A stretch of DNA of 64,000 bases from Deltaproteobacteria bacterium. Its GTDB lineage: Bacteria > Myxococcota_A > Polyangia > Fen-1088. The notes below the pieces were generated by a model that was not told the DNA's origin, ran no database searches, and saw only the letters and a program-made list of their open reading frames with translations. Where the stretch lies: contig JANRKS010000019.1 of assembly GCA_033763315.1 (NCBI GenBank), positions 352,001 to 416,000 on the forward strand, written 5' to 3'. Each line of letters opens with the position of its first letter. Within the stretch, counting starts at the first letter, position 1. Positions 9,425-19,967 of this stretch are shown one piece after another. The position numbers and the translations under genes were made by a program.

Positions 9425-10997
9425 ACACGCGCTGCCACAACGCCGCCACCAGCCGCGAAGGCAAATCGCTGCGGCGCCACAGGGCCGTGGGCAAGGCCGA
9501 CAGCGCCGCTGCGCGCCCGCGTTGCTCGATTTCATAATCAACCGCAGCCACGGCATCCTCGATTGTGGAAAAGCGCGCCATCGGTTCATCATCGATTAGC
9601 ACCTCCCACACTTTGCCGCGCCCTGTGCGTTTGCACGCCACAACTTCGCTTATCTTTCCGGGCGCGCGCTCGAAGTGCAGACCCAAGCCATGGCGGCCCA
9701 GCGAGAACCACGCGTTGGCAGAAATGGCGCGCACGTCATCGTGCACCTGCAACGTCAAAGGATCGAACGCGGCCGCGCGCGCCTGGATCTCAGGCAACGT
9801 CACCGCGCCCGCTTCCAACTCGAAGCCAGGATGATCGAAAAGGATCTGCTGCCAGGCACGGCGGGCGGCGTTTGCGTCTCCGCCCATCAAATTTAGATCA
9901 CGGGGCACACCGAACAAAGACGGCAAGGTGCACAAGCTCAACACAGAGACATCAACGAAATCGAGGATCAGGCAATCCTTTTTGTTGGGGAAAAGGCGCG
10001 TGCCGCGGCCCACGCACTGGGCATAAAGCCCTTCAGAGCGCGTGGGGCGCGCCATGGCCACGCATGACACCCCCGGATCGTCGAAGCCTTCGGTGAGCAC
10101 CGCCACATTGGTCAAGACCTGCGTTCGGCCGTTGCGAAAATCATCCAGAGCCTTGGCACGCACGTCGGCCGGCATCTCGCCATGAACGATGCCGGCGGGC
10201 ACGCCCAACAGGTTAAGCGATCGGCACAGGTTGCGTGCGTGGTTGACCGTGACACAAAAGGCGATGGTCCGGCGATCGCGCGCCAGCTCTTGAATGGAAC
10301 GCGCCACAAGGGCATTGCGCTCTTCGATGTCCACCGCCTCGGCCAATTCTTCTTCACGAAAATCCGATCCGGTCGCTGACAGCCGAGAAAGGTCTGCGGA
10401 GGTGCGAATGCGAAAACCGCGCAAGGGCGCCAGGTATCCGTCCTCGATCATTTCGGGTAGCGTGCGCGTGTAGACGATCCTCTCGAACACTTTGTCCAAG
10501 CCCTTGCCATCGCCTCGGGCTGTGGTGGCTGTGAAGCCAAGCAAGGTGCCGGTCCAGTTGTCGTCAAACGCACCCAGCTGTCGCAGCACGCGCAGGTTGT
10601 CGTCGGCCGCGGCGTGGTGGCATTCGTCATAGATCACCAGGCCCACGTCGCGCCCACGCATCACGCGCGCCAGGCGCTCTTCATGCAGCGAACGCATCGA
10701 ACACACCAGCACCTTGGCGTCGCTGGGCGCCCGGTCCGCCCCCCGTTCAATGGCCACCACCTGCTCGCTGGGCAGGGCCGCTTCCAGCTTCTGGCGCGCT
10801 TGGCCCAGCAGCTCTTCCCGGTGCGCCAGAACCAAAACTTGTTTGCGGGCCCGGCGGGCCAGCTCCGAAAACACCACCGTCTTGCCGGCACCTGTTGGCA
10901 AACAAACGACCATGCGTCGCACGCCCGCCTTGCGCGCGGCCAGCACAGCTTCGATGGCGTCGCGCTGGTAGGGGCGAAGGACGGGGGCTTCGGGCAT
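9384..10997 (-). CDS. Superfamily 2 DEAD/DEAH-box helicase (ResIII/Irc3-like)
   Basis: LRPYQ, PTGAGKT, DECHH, TAT, LTEGFD, QCVGRGTR; 41-nt convergent overlap with the gamma-CA gene. Confidence 0.9.
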   Translation of the reverse strand: MPEAPVLRPYQRDAIEAVLAARKAGVRRMVVCLPTGAGKTVVFSELARRARKQVLVLAHREELLGQARQKLEAALPSEQVVAIERGADRAPSDAKVLVCSMRSLHEERLARVMRGRDVGLVIYDECHHAAADDNLRVLRQLGAFDDNWTGTLLGFTATTARGDGKGLDKVFERIVYTRTLPEMIEDGYLAPLRGFRIRTSADLSRLSATGSDFREEELAEAVDIEERNALVARSIQELARDRRTIAFCVTVNHARNLCRSLNLLGVPAGIVHGEMPADVRAKALDDFRNGRTQVLTNVAVLTEGFDDPGVSCVAMARPTRSEGLYAQCVGRGTRLFPNKKDCLILDFVDVSVLSLCTLPSLFGVPRDLNLMGGDANAARRAWQQILFDHPGFELEAGAVTLPEIQARAAAFDPLTLQVHDDVRAISANAWFSLGRHGLGLHFERAPGKISEVVACKRTGRGKVWEVLIDDEPMARFSTIEDAVAAVDYEIEQRGRAAALSALPTALWRRSDLPSRLVAALWQRVFSPATKRPADSSL

Positions 10998-11089
10998 AAG
11001 CCGAGTGATATCAGAAGACGGACGCCCTCGTGCCCATTGTGTCCACAGCTTGTGTATCTGGCGAATCTTCCTGCTATTGTGCGGGCGTT

Positions 11090-12236
11090 ATGTTGGAAAT
11101 TAGCCCGATTCGCGAGCGCATCGCCGACCTTCACAAGCGCCTGGGGGCGCTAAGGGGGTATCTTTGACGTTGCGGGCAAACGGCGTCGCATAGCCGAGCT
11201 GGAAGCCATGTCCGGCGCCCCCAAATTTTGGGAGGAGCAGGAAAAAGCTCAGGGGCTTCTTAAAGAACAAGCCCGGCTCAAAACCGAGGTCGAAACCTTC
11301 GACAAGCAGGAAAAGGGGCTGGAAGAGGCCACGATTCTGCTCGACTTGGGCGACGAAGCCAAAGACGAGGCAACGGTCTTGGAGGCCGTGGCCGCTGTCA
11401 AGAAGGTGGAGACCGGCGTTCATGGCCTTGAGTTTGCGCGCATGCTTTCTGGTCCTTACGATCGGCAAGGCGCCATTCTTTCGATCAACGCGGGCGCGGG
11501 CGGCACCGAATCTCAAGATTGGGCCGAGATGTTGCAGCGCATGTTCATGCGCTGGGCGGCACGCCGCGGCTACCCTGTGGAGGTTTTGGATCTGCAGCCT
11601 GGTGAAGAAGCGGGCATCAAGAGCTGCACGCTGAGCATCGCGGGCGACTGGGCCTATGGTTACACGCGCGCGGAATCAGGCGTTCATCGACTGGTGCGGA
11701 TCTCTCCTTACGACGCGCAGGCGCGCCGCCACACCTCGTTCGCTTCGGTGTTCGTTTACCCGGACATCGACGAAAGCATCGACGTTGAGATCGACGAAAA
11801 GGATCTGCGCGTGGACGTAATGCGTTCTGGTGGCGCGGGCGGCCAGCACGTGAACAAAACAGAATCCGCCGTGCGCTTGACCCACTTGCCCACGGGCATT
11901 GCCGTGCATTGCCAATCGGAGCGATCACAGCACAAGAACCGCGCCACGGCGATGCGCATCTTGAAGGCGAAACTTGTTGAGCTTGAACAGAAGAAGCTCG
12001 ACGAGAAGATGGGCAACATCAACGCCCAGAAAAAGGCGATCGAGTGGGGCAGCCAAATTCGTTCCTACGTTTTGGCGCCCTATAAGCTCGCGAATGATCA
12101 CCGCACCGAACTCAAAGTGAACGATGTGGACGCCGTGTTGGACGGCGACCTGGATCAATTCATGGAAGCGATGTTGCTGCTGTTGGCGGGCGACCCCATG
12201 GCGGCGGTGCGCGACGGCACACCCGCAGCCCAGTAA
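11090..12236 (+). CDS. prfB: Peptide chain release factor 2, with programmed +1 frameshift at 11162-11168
   Basis: ATG 11090, in-frame AGGGGG-TAT-CTT-TGA-C, continuing in the +1 frame into the 11208 ORF; SPY tripeptide and GGQ motif. Confidence 0.96.
11153..11168 (+). promoter_or_regulatory. RF2 autoregulatory frameshift signal
   Basis: Internal Shine-Dalgarno AGGGGG, 3-nt spacer, CTT TGA C. Confidence 0.95.
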
Positions 12237-12263
12237 CAAGCAAGCGAGAACAGGGACACGCAC

Positions 12264-13832
12264 ATGGCTGATGAAAATGAGTTGATGGCAGAACGGCAGC
12301 GCAAGGCGGACGAATTGCGCGCGGCCGGCTTGAACCCTTATGCCAACGGGTGGACGCCCACGCACGACGTGGGGCAGCTGATCGAGCGCTTCGGTGCCAC
12401 TGCGCCAGAAGGTTACGAACACCCGGCCGATAAAACGGCGCCCCCCAAACTGCTCTCTGAAGACCGCTTCGCCATCGCGGGGCGCATCATTGCGTACCGC
12501 GGCTTCGGGCGTGCCACGTTTGTGAAGCTGCGCGATCGCACGGGCTCGATGCAAGCGTGGCTCAAGGCCGATGTGTTGCCCGAGGGCATGTACGACGTCT
12601 TCAAGAAGATGGAACGCGGCGATTTTATCGGCGTCACCGGCGTGTGCATGTTCACCAAAACCGGCGAGCTGACGCTGCTGGCAGAATCGTTCACCGTGCT
12701 TACCAAAGCCACGCGACCGCTGCCCGAGAAGTGGCACGGCCTGCAAGACGTTGAGTTGCGCTATCGCCAGCGTTACGTCGATCTGATCGTGAACGATGAA
12801 GTGCGCGAGGTCTTCAAGAAGCGCACCAAGATCATCAGCGCGATCCGGCGCTTCTTCGACACGCGGGATTTCATGGAGGTGGAGACACCCATGATGCACT
12901 CGGTGTTGGGTGGCGCCGCGGCCCGTCCATTTTCAACGCATCACAACGCGCTGGATATGGACTTGTATATGCGCATTGCCCCCGAGCTGTTTTTGAAGCG
13001 GCTTGTGGTGGGCGGCTTTGATCGCGTTTATGAGATCGGCCGCAACTTCCGCAACGAGGGGCTGTCGCGCAAGCACAACCCCGAGTTCACGATGTTGGAG
13101 TTCTACCAAGCCTACGCCACCTTCGAAGATCTCATGGAGCTCACCGAGGAGCTGATCGCCGAATTGGCCCGCGAAGTGCGCGGCAACGAGAGCCTGGTTT
13201 ACGAAGGCCGCACGGTTGATTTGTCACGGCCTTGGCCGCGCTTGCCCATGAAAGACGCGATCGTAACGGCTTCGAAGCAGGGCATGTTACCGCCCGGGTT
13301 GGATCGGCCTGTGTTGGACGATGAAGCTGCTTTATTGGCTTGGATCGAGAGCCATGGCATCACCAACCGCAAAGACGAGTTGGGTCAGGTGCTGCGCAAG
13401 TGTGAGAACCACGGTGAACGCGTGGGCGCCTTGTTTGATTATGGTGGCGAGTTGGCCTTGCCCTTTGATCGGCCTGTGTTCGTCTACGATTATCCCGCCG
13501 AAACATCGCCGCTATCACGCCGCAACGACGACGAGCCTGCGAAGGTCGACCGCTTCGAGCTGTTTATCGTGGGCCGCGAGCATGCCAATGGCTTCTCGGA
13601 GTTGAACGATCCCGTGGACCAGCGTCAACGCTTCGCCAAACAGCAAGATGCCAAAGCCCGTGGCGCCGACGAGACGATGGATTACGACGAGGATTATTGC
13701 CGCGCCTTGGAATACGGCTTGCCACCCACGGCAGGCGAGGGCATCGGCATCGATCGCTTGGTGATGTTGCTGTGCGATCAGCCCAGCATCCGTGACGTGA
13801 TCTTGTTCCCGCTGATGAGGCCCGAACTTTAG
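12264..13832 (+). CDS. lysS: Lysine--tRNA ligase (class II)
   Basis: [44 protein letters not shown]. Confidence 0.97.
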   Translation: MADENELMAERQRKADELRAAGLNPYANGWTPTHDVGQLIERFGATAPEGYEHPADKTAPPKLLSEDRFAIAGRIIAYRGFGRATFVKLRDRTGSMQAWLKADVLPEGMYDVFKKMERGDFIGVTGVCMFTKTGELTLLAESFTVLTKATRPLPEKWHGLQDVELRYRQRYVDLIVNDEVREVFKKRTKIISAIRRFFDTRDFMEVETPMMHSVLGGAAARPFSTHHNALDMDLYMRIAPELFLKRLVVGGFDRVYEIGRNFRNEGLSRKHNPEFTMLEFYQAYATFEDLMELTEELIAELAREVRGNESLVYEGRTVDLSRPWPRLPMKDAIVTASKQGMLPPGLDRPVLDDEAALLAWIESHGITNRKDELGQVLRKCENHGERVGALFDYGGELALPFDRPVFVYDYPAETSPLSRRNDDEPAKVDRFELFIVGREHANGFSELNDPVDQRQRFAKQQDAKARGADETMDYDEDYCRALEYGLPPTAGEGIGIDRLVMLLCDQPSIRDVILFPLMRPEL

Positions 13833-13839
13833 GCACCCT

Positions 13840-15471
13840 ATGCCCACCCGCGGGTTCGAATGGTTCGTGGCGTGGCGGCACTTAAGTGGCCGCCCCGGCC
13901 GCATGCCGCGCACAATGGTGGTGGGCTTTGTGCTGCTGCTGTTGGGGGCTGGCGTCGCGTATGGAGCCACACGCTGGCAGGCCAGCCTCGAAGCGCCGCA
14001 AGAGCTATTCTTACCAGCGCGCCAGATCCGCTGGCTGGGTTACGCCAAGATCGTGGGCCTGGTTGCTGCAGGGTTGGGTGGTTTGTTTGCGTATCTGGGC
14101 GGCCTCTTTAGCCGCTTTACGGTGTTCACGTCGTTCTCGATCTTCGGCGTGTTCCTGGGAACCGCCGCGCCGATCGTCGCGCTGTCTGTGATGTCTGGCT
14201 TCGAGGCGGATCTCAAGAACAAGATCCGCGGTTGGAAGGCCGACGTGGTGGTGGAAAGCGCCACAGATAAGCCGTTCGTGGATTGGCGCCCGTTGCTCAA
14301 CAAGATCGAAACCATCCCCAACGTGATGGGCGCCGCTCCTTACTTGGAAACGGAACTGATGATCTTCGCCAGCAACACGCCTTCAGGCATCATGTTGCGT
14401 GGCATCGAGCCCGAATCCGCCAAGAAGGTGCTGGATCTGTCGTCGCACATGAAAGAGGGCTCACTTGCCGACTTGAAGCCGGCCGACCGCGCGCCCGATG
14501 GCCCGGAACACGTTGAGCCGCCGCCGTTGCCCACCGACGAACAGTTGGAGCCGCCCGGCGAAGAGGACAACGCCGACGGTACCCACAAAAAGACGGTGGG
14601 CTCGAAGAAGTCGGGCAAGTGGAGCCCCAGCGATCCCGAGGGCGCCACTGTGACCTTGCACCCAGCGCTCGGTCCGGAAACGCCAGCAATCGTTCTGGGT
14701 GAGGAATTATTTGCCCGCACTCTGCGTTTGTTTGTCGGCGACGGGGTCGATTTGATGTGCCCCCTGTGCGGCGTGGGCCCAACGGGGCCGATTCCCAAGA
14801 GCCGTCCGTTTCGCGTGGTGGGGCATTTCAAAAGCGGCATGTACGAATACGACTCAAAACTGGCCTACGTTCATCTGGCCGAAGCGCAACGTTTACTGGG
14901 CACGCCGGGCGAAATCACAGGCATCGACGTGCGCACACGGTCGGCCGACGACGCGCGCGCCGTGGCCGATCAGATCCACGCACGGCTTGGGCCAGGTTAC
15001 CGCGTTCGCACCTGGGAAGATTTGAACCGCGCCTTGTTCCTGGCTTTACGTCTTGAGAAGATCGCGATGTTCGTGGCGTTGGCGTTCATCGGCCTCGTGG
15101 CGTCGTTTTCGATCGTCTCCAACCTCTTTATGCTGGTGACGGAAAAGGCGCGCGAAGTGGCGATCCTCAAGGGCATGGGCGCTACGGATCAGGGGATCCG
15201 GCGGCTGTTTTTGCTTGAGGGCGCTTACATTGGGCTGTTGGGAAGCGTGGTAGGCGCCGCCGTCGGCGTGGCCGCTTGCCTTTTGATGGAGACGTATGGC
15301 CTGCCTTTGCCCAGCGACATCTATTACATCGATCAATTGCCGGTGGTGATGCGTCCGCTTGAAGTCGTCGGGATCTCGGCGGTGGCCTTGGCTTTGGCGG
15401 TGCTTGCTGCGGTTTATCCCGCCATCCTGGCGTCGCGCCTTCGTCCGGTGGAAGGGTTGCGGTACGAATGA
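13840..15471 (+). CDS. lolE: Lipoprotein-releasing ABC permease (LolC/E family)
   Basis: [42 protein letters not shown]; sits between lysS and lolD. Confidence 0.85.
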   Translation: MPTRGFEWFVAWRHLSGRPGRMPRTMVVGFVLLLLGAGVAYGATRWQASLEAPQELFLPARQIRWLGYAKIVGLVAAGLGGLFAYLGGLFSRFTVFTSFSIFGVFLGTAAPIVALSVMSGFEADLKNKIRGWKADVVVESATDKPFVDWRPLLNKIETIPNVMGAAPYLETELMIFASNTPSGIMLRGIEPESAKKVLDLSSHMKEGSLADLKPADRAPDGPEHVEPPPLPTDEQLEPPGEEDNADGTHKKTVGSKKSGKWSPSDPEGATVTLHPALGPETPAIVLGEELFARTLRLFVGDGVDLMCPLCGVGPTGPIPKSRPFRVVGHFKSGMYEYDSKLAYVHLAEAQRLLGTPGEITGIDVRTRSADDARAVADQIHARLGPGYRVRTWEDLNRALFLALRLEKIAMFVALAFIGLVASFSIVSNLFMLVTEKAREVAILKGMGATDQGIRRLFLLEGAYIGLLGSVVGAAVGVAACLLMETYGLPLPSDIYYIDQLPVVMRPLEVVGISAVALALAVLAAVYPAILASRLRPVEGLRYE

Positions 15472-16283
15472 GCCACGGCGCCGAATCAATGAATGTTTCA
15501 GGGGGTTTGACACCTGGGGGACGGGTGGATACGGTGGCCCCCTCAATGTCCGCCGCCGCGCCTTCCCCTTCGTCAACGTCGCCCTTGGTCCGGGCCAACG
15601 GGGGTGTGCACGTGCGCACCGTGGACGTCCGCAAAGCCTTTAAGCACGGCGAGCGCCAGCTTGAGGTTCTGCGCGGCATCAACTTCGAGCTGCGCTCGGG
15701 CGAAATTGCGGCGGTCGTCGGTGCATCGGGTGTGGGAAAATCCACACTTCTTCACCTGCTGGGCACGCTAGATCTTCCCACCTCAGGGCAGGTCATTTTT
15801 GATGGGGAGGACGTCACCAAGCTTTCGCACACAAAGCTCGCCGACTTTCGCAACCAACATGTGGGCTTCGTGTTTCAGTTCCATCATTTGCTGCCGGAAT
15901 TCACCGCGCTTGAAAACGCGATGATGCCGGGTCTCATCAAGCGCCTGCCTCGCAATCAATGTGAAGCCCGAGCCACCGAAATTCTCACGCGGGTGGGGCT
16001 GGCGCAGCGCCTGACCCATCGCCCGGGCGAGCTTTCGGGCGGCGAGCAACAGCGCGTGGCTTTGGCGCGTGCCTTGTTCTTGAAACCGCGGTTGTTGCTG
16101 GCTGATGAACCCACGGGCAACCTCGACACCCGCACAAGCCGCGAAATGCACCAGATGTTCTTCGATCTAAACCAGGAGTTGGGCATGACCATTTTGCTGG
16201 TCACCCACAACGATGAACTGGCGGCGCAGGTGCCGCGACGGCTGAAGATGGTTGATGGCGTGATAGAAGAGGCCAACGTTTAG
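15468..16283 (+). CDS. lolD: Lipoprotein-releasing ABC ATPase
   Basis: GASGVGKS, LolD motif [27 protein letters not shown]. Confidence 0.9.
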   Translation: MSHGAESMNVSGGLTPGGRVDTVAPSMSAAAPSPSSTSPLVRANGGVHVRTVDVRKAFKHGERQLEVLRGINFELRSGEIAAVVGASGVGKSTLLHLLGTLDLPTSGQVIFDGEDVTKLSHTKLADFRNQHVGFVFQFHHLLPEFTALENAMMPGLIKRLPRNQCEARATEILTRVGLAQRLTHRPGELSGGEQQRVALARALFLKPRLLLADEPTGNLDTRTSREMHQMFFDLNQELGMTILLVTHNDELAAQVPRRLKMVDGVIEEANV

Positions 16284-18716
16284 ATGCGCTGCCGCAGTTT
16301 GCTTTTTGTGGCGCAGCTCGTGCTGTTGGCGCTTTGCAGCCTTGCCCCGGCGGCGCAGGCGCAAGACGCACCGGCAACGTCTGCCGTTAAACCGGGCGAA
16401 GACGAATCGCTTGAGGTCGGCTTCGTGCGTTTTCGCGGCAACCGCAAGGTCGAAGACGATGCCATCCGCGTGAACCTGCGCACCACGCCGGGTGCCACGC
16501 TGACGCAAGATCTGTTGCGTGAAGACGTACGAGCTATCTGGGCGATGGGCTTCTTCGACGACGTTCAGGTCGAGACGGCGGCTGGCCCCAAAGGTCAGAT
16601 CGTCACGTTCGTGCTGAAGGAAAAGCCATCGATCCGGAAGATCTACGTCTCCGGGCACGACGAAATCGGTCTGACCAAGATCAACGAGATCCTCGACATC
16701 AAGAAAGAGCAGATCCTGGATCTGGCCAAAGTTAAGAAGAACGCCGAGAAGATTCGCGATCTGTACGTCGAACGCGGTTTTTATATGGCCGAGGTTTCAC
16801 ACGAGGTGAAACGCCAAGGCAATGGCCAAGTGGATGTTTATTTCCGCATCCGCGAGAACACCAAAGTTGAGGTTCGGCGCATCAACTTCGTGGGCAACAA
16901 GGGCGGCCTTGATTCCGATCTGCGCGCCGTCATGTTGACCAAAGAGGGCGACATGTTTTCGCTGCTCACCTCGTCGGGCACGTACCGGCAAGATGCTTTC
17001 CAGCGGGACTTGCTGCTGATTCAGTCTTGGTACTGGGATCGCGGCTACGTTGACATCAAGGTTGGCGAGCCTCTGATGGAGCTTTCGCAAGACAAGCTGG
17101 CCTTGTTCATCACCATCCCCATCGAGGAGGGTAAGCGCTACAAGCTTGGCAAGGTGGACGTGGTGGGCGAGCTGCTTGAGCCCAAAGAGTTTTATCTTTC
17201 GCGGGTCAGCGTGAAAACCGGGCAACAGTTCAACCGCTCGCAGCTGACCACGGACATGCAGGCCTTGATGGATTCGTTCAAGGACCGCGGCTATGCCTAC
17301 GTCAACGTCACGCCGCTCACGGACAAAGACGAAGCTTCATTGACGGTGAATCTGACGTTTGACGTTCAACGTGGCGAAAAGGTCTACGTTGAGCGCATCA
17401 ACATTCGCGGCAACAGCAAAACGCGCGACAAGGTGATTCGGCGCGAGATGCGCATCGTGGAGGGCGAGGAGTTCAGCCAGACTTTACTCGACACCTCCAA
17501 GCGCCGCGTGACCGCGCTTGGCTTCTTTGAACGCGCCGATATGTCCACCACGCGGGGCAGCGGCGACGACAAGATGCTGGTGAATGTTGAAGTGGCTGAA
17601 CGGCAAACGGGCGCGTTCCAAATCGGCGCTGGATTCTCGTCCGTCGAGAACTTCATCGCGCAAGCGCAGATCTCGCAAAACAACCTGTTCGGCCGCGGCA
17701 CGCTGTTGACGGTTCAGGCGCAGCTTTCGTCCATCCGCCAGCTGATCCTATTTCAATACCAAGATCCCTATTTCTTAGACACGCGGTGGACGTTCGGGTT
17801 CAACCTGTTCAACCAGCAGCGCTACTTCTTCTCGTTCTTCCGCGAATCAAAGGGTGGCAGCTTGACGTGGGGTTACCTGCTGCAAGATGACCTGCGCCTC
17901 TTGCTGACGTACACGCTCGAACAGGTGGGCGTGCGGACGTCGGGCCGCGGCGCTCTGTTTTACACGGGCTTGCGAGACCAAATTCCGTCGGGATCGTTGG
18001 CGAACTTATTGCGTTCGGGGCTCACCTCCTCCTGGCGCATCAGCCTGCAGCACGACACGCGTGACAACCGCTTGTTCACGACCAGAGGTTGGTACAACAC
18101 GGCGTCGGCCGAGTTCGCTCAGCCGTACTTCCTATCGCAGAACCAATTCACCCGTTATGAAGTGGCTACCAGGTTTTTTTATCCCATCTGGGGGCCCTTC
18201 GTTCTGCGCTCGAAGCTTGAAGGCGGCATGATCGTCAGCCCCAGCGCGCAGGGCGTGCCCATCACCGAACGTTATTTCGTGGGCGGCATCTTCGACATTC
18301 GCGGCTTCTCTCCCCGCTCGCTGGGGCCCCGCATCCGCGCCCCCGGCACCCAAGAGCCCGATTCCAACCTCGTCAGCTCGCGCGTGGGCGGCAACTTGCA
18401 GCTCATCGGCAACTTGGAGCTCGAATTCCCAATCATCGCCAAGGTGGGCATCAAAGGCGTTGTGTTCACCGACTTTGGCAACGCGTTCAACACGGAAAGC
18501 CAGTATTGCGCGCTCAAACCGCCCGGCTCACACCCATCCACGGACCCTTGCAACGTGATCTTCCCGCTCAACAGCCTGCGGGCGAGCTGGGGGTTCGGGT
18601 TCCGCTGGTTCTCCCCGATTGGTCCCCTTCGTTTCGAGTGGGGCATCCCTTACCACCGCATCAGCCCCAGCGAACGCCCCGTGGTGTTCGAATTCACCAT
18701 CGGGAATTTCTTTTAG
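16284..18716 (+). CDS. bamA: Outer membrane protein assembly factor BamA
   Basis: Signal peptide, POTRA repeats (GNSKTRDKVIRRE), IRGF lock motif, WFSPIGPLRF, C-terminal FTIGNFF. Confidence 0.96.
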   Translation: MRCRSLLFVAQLVLLALCSLAPAAQAQDAPATSAVKPGEDESLEVGFVRFRGNRKVEDDAIRVNLRTTPGATLTQDLLREDVRAIWAMGFFDDVQVETAAGPKGQIVTFVLKEKPSIRKIYVSGHDEIGLTKINEILDIKKEQILDLAKVKKNAEKIRDLYVERGFYMAEVSHEVKRQGNGQVDVYFRIRENTKVEVRRINFVGNKGGLDSDLRAVMLTKEGDMFSLLTSSGTYRQDAFQRDLLLIQSWYWDRGYVDIKVGEPLMELSQDKLALFITIPIEEGKRYKLGKVDVVGELLEPKEFYLSRVSVKTGQQFNRSQLTTDMQALMDSFKDRGYAYVNVTPLTDKDEASLTVNLTFDVQRGEKVYVERINIRGNSKTRDKVIRREMRIVEGEEFSQTLLDTSKRRVTALGFFERADMSTTRGSGDDKMLVNVEVAERQTGAFQIGAGFSSVENFIAQAQISQNNLFGRGTLLTVQAQLSSIRQLILFQYQDPYFLDTRWTFGFNLFNQQRYFFSFFRESKGGSLTWGYLLQDDLRLLLTYTLEQVGVRTSGRGALFYTGLRDQIPSGSLANLLRSGLTSSWRISLQHDTRDNRLFTTRGWYNTASAEFAQPYFLSQNQFTRYEVATRFFYPIWGPFVLRSKLEGGMIVSPSAQGVPITERYFVGGIFDIRGFSPRSLGPRIRAPGTQEPDSNLVSSRVGGNLQLIGNLELEFPIIAKVGIKGVVFTDFGNAFNTESQYCALKPPGSHPSTDPCNVIFPLNSLRASWGFGFRWFSPIGPLRFEWGIPYHRISPSERPVVFEFTIGNFF

Positions 18717-18828
18717 GCCTCGCGCGTCTTTTATAGTAAGCGCCTGCCGGCGGCCCACCTTCCCCAACGGGGGCAGGGCGTGCTATTCGATGGGCCCCAC
18801 CACCAAACGTCGTTTCTGGAGATACACA

Positions 18829-19410
18829 ATGATCCGTTCCGCCAAACTGCTGATTGCCGCCCTTGCCTTGCTCGTGGGGGGCCAAACGGCTGCTCGCGCA
18901 GAAGAGCCCGTGAAGCTGGGTTACGTCGATATGCAACGCGCCCTGCTTGAGGTCGAGGACGGACGCCGCGCCCGCGAAGATCTCAAGAAGACGCTTGAGA
19001 AGAAGCAAAAGGAGCTGGACGAGCGTCAGCAAGAGCTGATGAAGGCCGGCGAAGACTTGAAGAAGAAGCGCACTTTGCTGCCCGAGGACACGCGCATGCA
19101 AAAAGAGTCAGAGCTGCAAGAGGGCCTCGCAAAATTGCAACAGGCTCTGATGCGCCACCAGCAGGAGCTGAACCAGAAGGAGCAAGAGGTTCTGGCACCC
19201 ATCGTTGATCGCATGCAACGGATCGTGGGCCAAATCGCTCAGTCTGAAGATCTGACGCTGGTCTTGGACCGCAACCAGGCGGGCATCATCTTCGGCAAGC
19301 CGCATTTGGACCTCACGAATGAGGTGATCCGCCGTTACAACGCGGGAGCCAAAGCGGGTGGAGCCGCCCCCAAGGGTGTCGCGCCAGCAGCTCCCGCCAA
19401 GAAGAAGTAA
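18829..19410 (+). CDS. skp: Periplasmic chaperone Skp/OmpH
   Basis: Signal peptide, KLGYVDMQ, coiled coil, LDLTNEVI; follows bamA. Confidence 0.9.
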   Translation: MIRSAKLLIAALALLVGGQTAARAEEPVKLGYVDMQRALLEVEDGRRAREDLKKTLEKKQKELDERQQELMKAGEDLKKKRTLLPEDTRMQKESELQEGLAKLQQALMRHQQELNQKEQEVLAPIVDRMQRIVGQIAQSEDLTLVLDRNQAGIIFGKPHLDLTNEVIRRYNAGAKAGGAAPKGVAPAAPAKKK

Positions 19411-19444
19411 CACCACATAGGGCGGCGTTCCCGCCTGCGTGAAT

Positions 19445-19472
19445 GAGGGGCGCTTCCAGCGCCCCTTTTTTT
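19445..19472 (+). terminator. Intrinsic terminator between skp and fabZ
   Basis: AGGGGCGCT-TCC-AGCGCCCCT followed by a T-run. Confidence 0.75.
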
Positions 19473-19493
19473 CTATGAACCCTCGGAGACGCT

Positions 19494-19964
19494 ATGGAAC
19501 TTGACGTTACAGCCATCGAAGCCCTGATCCCTCACCGCTATCCCTTTTTGATGATCGATCGCGTGGATTCCATGACCGAGGATCGAGTGGTGGCCCGCAA
19601 GATGGTCACGCGCAACGAACCATTCTTCGATGGTCACTACCCCGGCTTCCCCGTGATGCCGGGCGTCCTTCAGGTCGAAGCGATGGCTCAGGCGGGCGCC
19701 TTGATGGCGTGCCATCAACTGAAGATCGATCCCAAGACCACCGTCATTTACCTCATGGGAGTGGACAAAGTTCGCTTCCGGCGCGCTGTGGTCCCGGGCG
19801 ATCACCTGACGTTGGATGTGACAGCGCTTCGCAAGGGCGCCTCGGTTTGGAAGCTTAAAGGCGAAGCACGCGTGGGCGATCAAGTGTGTGCTGAGGCGGA
19901 ATTCATTGCCGCGATTCAGCCCCGGCAACCCAAACCTGCCGCGGCCAAGACGGACGCCGAATAA
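19494..19964 (+). CDS. fabZ: 3-hydroxyacyl-ACP dehydratase
   Basis: PHRYPFLMIDR, EPFFDGHYP, MPGVLQVEAMAQ. Confidence 0.95.
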   Translation: MELDVTAIEALIPHRYPFLMIDRVDSMTEDRVVARKMVTRNEPFFDGHYPGFPVMPGVLQVEAMAQAGALMACHQLKIDPKTTVIYLMGVDKVRFRRAVVPGDHLTLDVTALRKGASVWKLKGEARVGDQVCAEAEFIAAIQPRQPKPAAAKTDAE

Positions 19965-19967
19965 CCG

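Noticed and set aside
9384-10997. ResIII-like helicase as part of a defence or restriction system
   Set aside because: No methyltransferase, nuclease domain or other defence gene nearby
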